From NCBI GenBank assembly GCA_047495785.1, contig JBLDXI010000006.1:1-64000 (forward strand): DNA of 64,000 bases. The letters are read 5' to 3'. Source of the DNA: Lepidodermella squamata. Lineage: Eukaryota; Animalia; Gastrotricha. Positions 48,701-58,886 of the stretch are shown in pieces. How positions within the stretch are numbered: position 1 is the stretch's first letter; every line of letters begins with the position of its first letter. A program made the translations under genes and the position numbers. The notes under the pieces are model-generated. The model was not told where the DNA came from. It searched no databases and saw only the letters and a list, made by a program, of their open reading frames with translations.

Positions 48701-49385
48701 TCAATGTTCGGCCGGTTGGATCGCAGCCCGCTACGGAGAGGTCCGGTTGCTTTGCAAGCATGATTTTAACCATGTCCCATCGCTTACTCAGCAGAGCGTA
48801 ATGAATGGCTAGTAAACCATTTGAATCACAATGCTCTAGGGTCGAGTTATCCGTGAATTCTAGCAAGGAAGCTAACGTCTCTTGCTGGACAAAAGGACGA
48901 GGATGTGACGAATTCACGGCGTAAAAAATTGCGGTCCAGTTGTAGAGATACGGATTTTCGATAAAAACCGACGCATTTTTGCTGAGAAGTAGGCCAGTAA
49001 CTTCGGGCCTAGAGTGGTGGGCTGCCATCATAAGGGCAGTGAGACCATTCCGACTTCTGCAATTTATAGGCACATCGTCATGCAGCAAGATTTCGTTGAT
49101 AAAATCAAGCCGTTCCAGCTTAACCGCGAGATGAAGTGGCGTCCATCCTGTTTCATTGAATGATTCTACTACGGAATAGCCTTGCCGTTCAAAGTCGTTT
49201 AAAATTAGACGGAAATTGTTAAAATTATCGTTTTCGATTGATTCGAATATCTCATCCAGCTGCTCTTTGACGAGTGTTGGTTTGTTGCTCGAGATCGATA
49301 CGCAGTTTAGAGTCATGTTACTCGCACAGCTTTGTAAAACGAATGCACCAATGAGTATAATGCTAAAATAAAGCATTTTAACCAT
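45782..49385 (-). CDS. Secreted ankyrin-repeat / sushi (CCP) / Thr-rich mucin / LamG-like protein (introns 48224-48277, 47167-47221)
   Basis: Signal peptide; many GxTPLHLA-type repeats; both introns join in frame; CP...C..GY...G...ITC...GEW...C; poly-Thr; LVAFYPMN...WQFIAVTF...CLMIYDVALT. Confidence 0.8.
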
Positions 49386-49600
49386 ACGACAAACAAATAA
49401 ACAGTCGCCGCATTTTCGCTAACAAAAAGCTAACAAAAATGATGCTTTATTTAAGATTTGATGGCTTATTGATAAGCAGTGTGGTGATAAACAGTCTATA
49501 CTATACGAAATGAAGTGCAAGCATAAACATGCGCGGCCTGCTAAAAAACAAGTTCGCATCACATTTCCCAAAAATTTAAAATGTACATCCATTTTAGATT

Positions 49601-52600
49601 TTAATAATTAGCTGCAATGATGTATTCCAGTTCTTGAAACGATGGGCGGTCACTCGGTGATTCCAACCAGCATTTTGTCATCACATTCTCGTAGAAAGGC
49701 TCGGGACATTTCCGCGGTTTTTCCAGCACCTTACCAGTCGTTATTCGAACTACCACTGAGGAAGTATCCAATCCTTCATACGGGATCGATTTGCACTCTA
49801 CACGCAATACATTTATTGGAGAAATATAGAGACAGTTAAGTGTTACCTGAAAACACTTCCCATATTGTCACGCCGAAACACCAAACATCGCTTTTCGGGC
49901 CGAATTTCATCTGCTCGATAGCTTCAGGAGGGTACCATCGGATCGGTATCAGCAATTGACCACCACTGTTTTGCAGCTTGTAGTAAACATTATCGGTGTC
50001 GAGGATGCGCGACATTCCGAAATCGCTTATTTTCAAGACGAAATCTTCTGAGACCAGGACGTTCCTGCAAGCAAGGTCTCGGTGGAGGCAGTTTTTCGAC
50101 GAAAGGTAGGCCATGCCACGGCAGATCTGGAGGCAGTAGTCGATAAGCCCCGCTTCAGTCCGGTCATCGTCTGTTTTCTTCAGAAATTGATCCAGGCTGC
50201 CTTTTGCCATGAACGGAGCGACAATGCATGGTTGGCCGTTAATAGCAGCTACTCCAATTAACGGCAAAACATTATGATGAGAGAAATCTTTCATTATAAG
50301 AGCTTCTTTCATGAAATCGGTCAACTTTGTTACAGACCCTGGCTTGACACTCTTGATTGCGATCATCATGCTCGTATTATCGGTGTCTTTGAGGCTGGCT
50401 CGATGAACGGAGCCGAACTGGCCCTCACCAACGTAATCGTGCAATTCGATCCTTCCTGGTTGAATGTTGATCGGTTTGAACAGCTCAATGAGTTCATCTG
50501 CTTGCGGCAAGTCCTTCAAAAGACTGGATAGGTCGGCGATAGCTTCGATATAGTTCGATTCTTTGACGGAATGGTGGTCTAGCGGCATAGTTATTAGCCG
50601 TTTAATCAACTTTTTGGATCTTCTTTTGTGCCAAACCACTCCAATGACAATGAGAATTGCGATAATTGCCAAGACACCAAGAATAATGGCGATCAGAATG
50701 GCTGTTATTGTAAATTTTACTACTACCGATATTTTAGCCTGAGTCTAACCTGTAAAGCTCTGCTTATACGACATAGGTGTTGTTGTGCTTGGTTCTTGCA
50801 GCAGCTCTTCCTTAACTGTCGGAACTGTTGTCACTTCAAGGTCATCCTTTAAGTCCTTTATTTCCTCAATCTGATATAAATTATAGGGACAGGACTGATT
50901 CGCTGGAACAGTAAGACATCCGGCAGTTTGTTTGATTTTTTCACTCAGCGGAAAAATGTTCCTAAACTTGATAGGAAGTCCCTTCTCGCAAGATTGGTTG
51001 AGCTCTCCCAGGAAAATGCCAGCCTTGAACAAAGAGAAGTATACAGTTATAGACGAATTTTTAATGCATACCATAACGAATCTTTTGCTGAGCTGGGTTA
51101 CATAATCCCTTTCAATGAAGAGCAACAAAGTGGCACCGAGCCGCAAATCGCAGGCAGTAATTCTGTCAACCTTCGCTTTGAAGCACAGTACTTCTTCTGC
51201 TGATAGCTGCGAATTATCGGCACTTTTGGAGCAGTTAGATTGCGGTAACAACTTCCCAGTAACATAACGACTTTGACTATTTACACCTACGACATAAGCC
51301 TCATCATTCCATAGGACGTTCTTGTCGCAACAAGATGGCAGGCAAATGCTTCCTGGATTATCGGTGTCGTAAGTCCTCTTGTAACGAGCTACTTTGATAC
51401 CGTAATCTGTTGTCAGCGATGAATTTGCCATATCTATGCATGAAGAAGCGGTTATAATCACATTCTCGGCCAACCAAGCGCCTATGCAGTGCGATGTTAA
51501 GTAGTAGTCTATGAATGGAAAATATTTTCTGATACTGAAGTCTTCTTCATCTTCATCTTCATCATCTTCATCTTCATCATCTTCATCTTCATCATCTTCA
51601 TCTTCATCATCTTCATCTTCATCATCTTCATCTTCATCATCATCTTCATCTTCAAGAAGGTAAGGATGGATATAGCCGCATGTTGATTGATCTATGATGT
51701 ATCGCATTGCATCTTGAACGGCAAACAAGTCTTCCGATGCTAATTTAGCGTCATATATTGACAATCCAGCGATCGCATGACGCTTCGCTGTTGAGTTGAG
51801 AAGAACTCCGTCGGATGAGCCCACTGTGAATCCTGACGACTGAGGCCACCATATATGCGCCAATCCGTTTTTTGGCGGCATTTCAAGCGCGAAAACGAGG
51901 GTAAAATCGTTGAAAACTGTTAGCCAAATGGAATTCGGTTCTGCAGAAAACACAATGCCAATGAAAGTCCATTCCGATACAGGGAATATTCCAGGTGCCG
52001 CAATGATGCAAACACCAGGAAATTCAAAAACTAGCACGTCGGGGTACCTGTACCCTATGCTGACCGAATTCGGTTGGAAACCTAGAATCCTGATATCTTC
52101 CGGGTAATTTCGATCAGGCCGGAAGAAAAACGTTACAGTGAAGCCAGAGTTAGATCGAAGTGGAATCTTGAAATCGTTCACTTCGAAATCGAGATTTTCG
52201 CCACTGATCAACATACCCGCATATTGGAAAAGTTCGGAGCCAGATATGAATTTCTGATAAAGCGATTGAGTTAACAGACGACGAGGGCCGAAGTCATAAG
52301 CACCATGAAACCAAGACAGTGGCCAGAGGCCCACCAATGAGAAAGATCTTGGCATTGTGATTCCTGAGATTGTAGACATATCTATGAGGCGAGGATTAGG
52401 CTGGGATAAAACGCACGTTGACTTGCCGATAAGACAACGATACTATCATTTGATATTAAATCACTCAGCTCCTCTAGAACAGCCTCCTCGCTGAGATTAC
52501 CATTGAAAGGGTACGCTCGTTGGATGTCGCCAGCGAATGTCACGATCACACTGTTGCCAGCGCGCTTTTCCACTCTCGAAATGAACGAATCAGGCGGGCC

Positions 52601-55600
52601 ATATGAGATGCGTTTTAAATGTTGATTCAGCTAAAATTGGTATAAGCATATACTTGCTGTCGATTAAATGGCTCATAGAGGAATAATTAATAGAGGAGTA
52701 GTCACACAAATGACTACTGAGTAATCGGGAAAGTACTTGGTCCTTGACGCGAAATCGTTCATATCTTACACTCTCTATGATCTTATTCCAATTAGTCATA
52801 GTCAGAAGCTCGTTACTTTGATCGTCTAGGTATTGCGCAATGTCGCGTAAAGTCATAGTTCCAATGATTCTCGCTGAGGTAAATAACAAGCAATCGATCA
52901 TTAATCGAATAAAACCAATCCTGAAACATACCCGTTTGGCCCGCCATAAATGCTTCGTTCAAGCGTCGACAGCTGTCAATAATTGAGGCCAATTGATTTT
53001 CGTTGAGGGATACATTATAGGAAGCCAAGCAAGAATATCCCATAGTTACAGCATTATCGGTTCCCTCTGGTTCCTGAAAAAGAGAGTTAAATATCTGCGA
53101 TTGAATATTAAATTTTCTGGTTTTTATTACCAACGCTTTTCGCATAAAAGTACTATGCGCGGCCTTACGCTGCTGTTTTTGCTGTACATAGCCACACATA
53201 CTCCGTGCCTATCACGTTTTTTGGTCACTGCTGTCGAATCACCTTGATTCGTCGATATTTTCTAATTCCATATTTTTCGGCAATGCCAGCGCCATCGGTG
53301 GCGCTTTTTTCCGACGGTCTCTGCCTGGCGTAAGCCCTGTGGCTTATTCCGGTTCCTCTCTGGCGGTGCGAGCCTGCCCGACTTGGGGCGGGCTGCCTTT
53401 CGCTCTGAAGCTGCCGCACACTGGCCTGCTCTGGTGGCTAAGCGGCCGTTGCCTGCCGACCTATTCACGTTTCATGTTGGCCCCGTTTGACCCGGCGCGG
53501 GTCGGTGCTGTTCGGGAGCCGGTGCCGGCCCGCGACCTGGATGAGGCGGGCGGCGGATGGCTGGCTGTCGGTGTGGTGTCGGTTTGGCGGTGGCGGATGG
53601 GCGGCGGGTGGCTTGCCGCATTTCGGCGACCCGTGCGCAGCTGTCTGGCGGCGGATGGCTGGCCGCATCTCGGCGCCTCGACTCGGCCGGCGTTGGCGGC
53701 CATGGACGCTTAGATATTTTTGTACATAATTTTTGTGATCACTTGTTTACTCTGTTATTGATTGCTAACTCGATGCGAAGCCGCCCATGTTTAGCCTGCG
53801 GGCTGATGGGCTGGGAATGTAACGAACCTAGAATAATAAACCACACATTTCTCTCTCTCTGAGGTTACTGTCGTTTTCGATTCCGGTGCTGTTCGTTAGA
53901 ACGCGCACTTCTGATTATTCTCAAACAATTTTTTGCTGCTGTTATTATCGATACGCCAACTTCGTCAGATATTTCAACAACAAAGCTGCTTCAACAACAA
54001 GCTGCCCGTCATCAATTTACTACGACTACGAGCACGTGGTAATCCCATTCATCGATTCAAGCACGTGGCATGGCTACACCACGAATTTCTTCTTCTGCTT
54101 CTTTGGCGACAAGATGACTAAGATGGTCGAACTACGCGGCAAACAAGCTATGTTCGAACTCAACGACTACGATCTTGCTGAAAATTGCGTGAAAAACGGC
54201 CTGATTTGCAAGCCGTTCATGTTACGATTCCGATGGTTTATTGTCAAGCAATCTGATGTTGTTCAATGTTTCAACTGCCAGCGATATGGCCACCTGGCTC
54301 GAAACTGCTCTGATGAGACGAGATGCTTACGATGTGGTCGCAAACACGACGTGAAGACTTGCTTGCGGGGTGTTCGTTGCTGCAATTGTGGTGGCGAGCA
54401 CACCGCGAACTCGAGGGATTGCCCTCTGCGCCGGCCTTCGGCTGGCTGAAACGAAAGTTTCATGGGAAATTGCTATGCAATTTCAAGACGGGTCGGGGGG
54501 TAACTGGGATTTCTAACGAAATCCTAGTTGCTCATCCACTCTAAATTTGGGAAAATTTTTAAGGACGGGATAGTTTTGGTCCCAAGGGGCGGGTTCTGGG
54601 TCTAAGTGGTGACGGCGGGTGGTTAAGTTGGTCCCACTTTGGCTACATGATGAATCCGCTGCCAGGTCCGTCTGTGATCTTCCATCACAAGTGACGCTGT
54701 AGGGGCAAATTTGATAGCCCGATCGGCGCGGCTCTGAGCCAAATTCCCCAGTAAGTTTGGGGGGGGGGGGGGGGGGGGTTTCTGAGGTTACTGTCGATAC
54801 GAACTTCGGTGCGGTTCTATTAGAACGCGCACTTTTGCTATTTTTCGAAAAACAATTTTTCGCTGTTTATTCTCACTGTTTGGCTACATCGCTGGATATT
54901 TCGCTCAATCAATTCGATTACGTCAACATCTACGTCAACATCGATCGACTATCTGCGAGCACGTGGCAACTCTACTATCAATGAATGGCGTCTGGAGGAA
55001 AAAACTCGATGGCGTCTTCACCACAACATATTAACTCATACCCGAACGCTAGCAAGCTGTTTACAGCTATTCCATCGACCCATCAAGGCCTGTTCTCCAA
55101 TATGGATAGACTAACGCGGAGTGCTATCTACAGTATCGTCGAAAGTATCTACATGAATCAGGGCAGTCTGAGTGGCATGGATCTCTTGATTCTCATGCTC
55201 AAGGAAATGGACCTTCGAGGGAGAATCTTTTCCTTCAACGACCGCGATTACGACGACGACAAGCCAGAAACTAACGAATTGGGTACGCAAACCTGCCAAG
55301 ATCGTGCGAACAACACAACGCAGACGATCCTAGAAAATCGGCCCAAGCAAGTGGCGCCGAAGAAGAAGTCTTTTGAAAAGATTATTGTCAAGACCGAACC
55401 GAACTGCGATCGAAAACAACTGTGGTCCAGGATAGTGGCGGCGGCACCGGAGGCTGGTTTCAAGGGCTGCAAGCAGACTTCAGATTCTCTGGAGATACGT
55501 CTCGATTCGAGCGTTCAATCTGCCCAGCTCAGCACTAAACTGGAATCTCTCGGGGCCAAAGTCATGCTGCAAAGACCGACCAAATACCGAATAGTTCTAA

Positions 55601-58513
55601 CAAACTTCGATGCGAATGCCGTCTCGGCGAGCCACATTACGGCTGTCTTTGGCGACAAACTGGCGAAGACGGTTACCCTTCGGGGTGGCCAACTGATGTT
55701 CGAGCTTACTGATTTCGATCTGGCGGAGCGAGCGGTGAAAACTGGTCTAACTGCCAAGCCGTTTCTACTCCGATTCCGATGGTTCGTTGTGAAACCACCT
55801 GATGTGATCCAATGCTACCGCTGCCAACGTTACGGCCACATGGCGCGGAGCTGTTCCGAAGAAGAAAGATGCCTACGATGTGGTCGACCTCACAATGTGA
55901 CGATGTGTGTGCGTGCTGTGAGCTGCTGCAATTGCGGTGGCAAACATGCCGCAAACTCGAGGGAATGCCCTCTGCGCCTGCCTCCGGCGGGCTGAAACAA
56001 CATGCATGTGGGAAATGGTGATTTCGCAAGAAATTGCCATTTCAAGACGGGTCGAGTGGTAACTAGGATTTCTGGGAAATCCTAGTTGCCACTGCTCAAA
56101 ATTGGGGAAAATTCTTAAGAACGGGATAGTTTGGGATTCCAACACGGTGGGGTGGTCCTGGGTGTGGGTGGAGACGGCGGGTGGTTAAGAGGGTCCCACT
56201 TGGCACACATGATGACCCCGCCGGTCCGCACGTGATCTTCAGTCACAGTGACGCTGTAGGGGCGACCTTGATTTGCCCGACCGGCGCGGCTACTGAGCCA
56301 AATGCCCCAGTAGGTTTGGGGGGGGGGGGGGGGGGGGGGGGGGGGAGTTAAGTAATCAAAACTACTGAACAACGAAGACCTCAGCAGCTGAATTTCGAGT
56401 TCTCAATGCTCTTCATCGGGGAAAATAGAAATACTTTACTGCTCCTAGCTCGCATTATCAAGAATTTGACATCCCCTGATCCAAGAGACATGTCGCCAGC
56501 CGCCAGCTGTCAATCAATTTAGCTATTATTTTGGTTAGATATGTTGCATTGAAAGTTGACCGCCATGTAAAGTGCACTTTCAGCATAAGCGCTGCGTTGA
56601 AAGTACACTCTAAACATTGATAGTGCACTTTATAGAGGTTTATTACACTTTGATAGAATAGAAAATTACACTTTGATTTTCTTGCTTGGTTTCCAAATTA
56701 AAAAAAAACTGATTAAAATAACTGAAAATGACGTAGGGAACATTCGGTTTGCTCATTGAAATCATGAGACGTAGCTAGGACGCCGCAGCTGGGTTGTTTA
56801 CGAGAAAAAAGTGTTGGCAGAGATAATTAGGGTCAAAGGTCACTTTTTGAAAATACTGAGATGAATCACCTCATTAAATTTTCGCGCTCTTTTCATCCTT
56901 TTTTTATGTTTCCCATAAAAGATCCCTTGATTCAGGCGCAATCAATCGATATTCAAGCAACACAATCTAAAAAGTGAAATCAACATTAGTTTCGAGCCAT
57001 TAATTTTCGAAATCGATTAATCATGGATGAAACTAAAATCAATGGATGTAATGAAGAAGCTTGCTTTCCAAATTTACTAGAGGGAGTCATTGAAAAAAAT
57101 TCCTAAACATTAAACATTGTTTATCTCAAGTAGTTAGAGCATACACGGAGAATGCTTGTTGTAAATCATGCTGAAAAAGGAGAAAAAACTGAGATTTGAA
57201 AAATCTGACAAAATGAGATGCTGATCAGATCCAGCACATATCTCGATTTTTCATTCCAGTTTCAACCGCCAGTAATTTGGCCGAAAATGAGCAATCAAGT
57301 TCCCGGTGAAAGTCCCATAGCCGAAAGCGTTGAAAATTTCGACTGAAAAACATTTCCTGCTGCATTGTTTAAGAGATGAACTTATCTTGCGTCATTACGC
57401 AACAGATGCAGCATAATCGCGAAGTGAAATAAAACAAATCAATGGAGTAATTCATGCAGCTTGTTTGAGTTGCTTTTTGTCTCAAGAAATTAGTTTGCTA
57501 AGCTCTACATCTCATTGTTCAAGTCTCTCGATCTCTGAGTTCCGACTTGGAACCTGATTCTAGCTTTGTAACCATCGACGCCTACGATTTTTAAAACCTT
57601 TTGAAATTTCAACTTAATATTTTTTAAATTTCAGGGATTAATAAAATAATTATTTTTATTAAACCCTGAACATTTAATTTTTCCAAAAGGGAAATTATCC
57701 AGAATATTCAAGCATGCATAACGACAACACGTCAGTTAGTATGGCGGGATTCAAGCTTCGGCGTCCTAGCTACGTCTCATGATTGAAATATATCTTAATC
57801 GGCTATGGGAAGAAATTGCCTTATACGATACGACATTTAATTACTGTATGAGTTCATACTTTGGTCGAGTAACCTATGGTGAGTTGGTTGAGTGCTGCCT
57901 GCCAAGGTTTCAATCTCTGCGTGTCAAGCGATGCTATCAGTTCAATTTTATAACCTGGCTCAGTGCCTAAATATACGGCAAAGTGCGACTTGTTGTGGCT
58001 GACAATCGCCAGGAAGTGCCATTTACTCGGTTGCCACACGTTCTCCACTTTGGTCGAAACTATTGCACGGCCGTCTGTCGCGCCGATTTCCACACTGAAA
58101 TTACCGAATCGCAATCTTACGTAAAATGAATTGCCGAGGGAGTTTTGTGAATCAATCTCTGTCAACTCGACAATCCCTCTCGGTTGCTTGCCAGTTGTTT
58201 GATATGGGAAGAAAAACAGCGTAAATGCTTGCTGGCGGTTTTCAGAGGAGCGATACTTCAAGAGATACGTCGAAAATTCAAGAAAATAAAAAGTGTAGTC
58301 AGCCCATGATGAGTAGGCGCTATCAAGGTAGCCGAATGGACCTGCTTGTTGCATTACGCATGCCGATTCCGCGTGGCGGGCTTTGATGACAGCTATTGGC
58401 AGATAAGCAATGTTTTCCGTGCCATATTGACGATTATACGGCACCAAGAGATGGGGCGATCCGAAGCAATACACATTTTCGATGATTGTTAGAAATAGCA
58501 CGGGGAGTCGCAT
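49601..58513 (-). CDS. Receptor tyrosine kinase copy 1 (apparently intact): signal - LamG-like - SEA-like - LamG-like - acidic tract - inactive trypsin-like domain - TM - Met/Ron-like kinase; large intron 53074-57859
   Basis: [42 protein letters not shown]; TM followed by HKRR; exon order mirrored by copy 2. Confidence 0.82.
51539..51653 (-). repeat. Coding 15-bp minisatellite giving a (DEDED)n acidic tract
   Basis: Tandem TCATCTTCATCTTCA units in frame; absent from copy 2. Confidence 0.9.
53200..53859 (+). mobile_element. Probable 5'-truncated LINE 3' end (CR1/L2-group-like); left boundary approximate
   Basis: GC-rich frame with SSLAVRACPTWGGLP, resembling the SF..R....WN.LP ORF2 C-terminal motif; 3' hairpin, AATAAA and a (TC)n tail. 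Confidence 0.45.
53858..54778 (+). mobile_element. Gag-only element, unit 1 (internally deleted), structured 3' region and G20 tail
   Basis: Starts TCTGAGGTTACTGTCG like unit 2; three CCHC knuckles in ORF 53886-54449; G-run 54759-54778. Confidence 0.75.
54779..56345 (+). mobile_element. Gag-only element, unit 2, structured 3' region and G28 tail
   Basis: Same 5' and 3' ends as unit 1; complete ORF; G-run 56318-56345; no RT follows. Confidence 0.78.
54985..55995 (+). CDS. Non-LTR ORF1/Gag-like nucleic-acid-binding protein with three zinc knuckles
   Basis: CYRCQRYGHMARSC, CLRCGRPHNVTMC, CCNCGGKHAANSREC (Jockey/I/R1-group ORF1 spacing). Confidence 0.88.
   Translation: MASGGKNSMASSPQHINSYPNASKLFTAIPSTHQGLFSNMDRLTRSAIYSIVESIYMNQGSLSGMDLLILMLKEMDLRGRIFSFNDRDYDDDKPETNELGTQTCQDRANNTTQTILENRPKQVAPKKKSFEKIIVKTEPNCDRKQLWSRIVAAAPEAGFKGCKQTSDSLEIRLDSSVQSAQLSTKLESLGAKVMLQRPTKYRIVLTNFDANAVSASHITAVFGDKLAKTVTLRGGQLMFELTDFDLAERAVKTGLTAKPFLLRFRWFVVKPPDVIQCYRCQRYGHMARSCSEEERCLRCGRPHNVTMCVRAVSCCNCGGKHAANSRECPLRLPPAG
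56763..57781. mobile_element. Non-autonomous P-like DNA transposon
   Basis: TIR CATGAGACGTAGCTAGGACGCCG and its exact reverse complement; 8-bp TSD ATTGAAAT. Confidence 0.93.
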
Positions 58514-58886
58514 TTTCGCTTTAAAAGTTCACGCAATATAGGCCTAATATAGGGATAAATAGACAATTTTACCAAAAGTAAGCCGCAGATCATTTATCAG
58601 GCACAAAAATGAAGTCATAGATTAGGTTTCTGTGAATTCATCTTATAGCGCAAGCATAAACATGTCCATCTTGCTAACGACAAGTTCACACAGGGAGCGA
58701 AGTAGGGTAGCAGATTTGGAAAGGATAAGGAAATCGTCGGAAGGGTCACCACTTTGGTGCTTGTCTGTGTAACGAGAGTGAATTAGTAGAGATGACCCCT
58801 GCCATACCTTGAAGTACTTCGCTCTCCCTTCACTCACATCATCTATACCAAGGTACATATTTCAGCTGTCAATAATGTTTTAATTT

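Noticed and set aside
49836-50672. Calling the kinase MET or RON
   Set aside because: There is no Sema/PSI/IPT ectodomain and no C-terminal docking tail, so orthology is unsupported.
53262-53862. Overlapping Arg/Ala/Pro-rich ORFs on both strands as real genes
   Set aside because: Explained by high GC in a probable LINE fragment; only one plus frame has a weak ORF2-like motif.
54759-54778. Poly(G) runs as a two-colour sequencing artefact
   Set aside because: They occur at the homologous position in two diverged units with ordinary sequence on both sides. The exact lengths may still be unreliable.
56174-56190. Conserved loop GGCGGGTGGTTAAG as a telomerase-like template
   Set aside because: Neither strand shows the ~1.5-copy telomeric repeat expected of a template.
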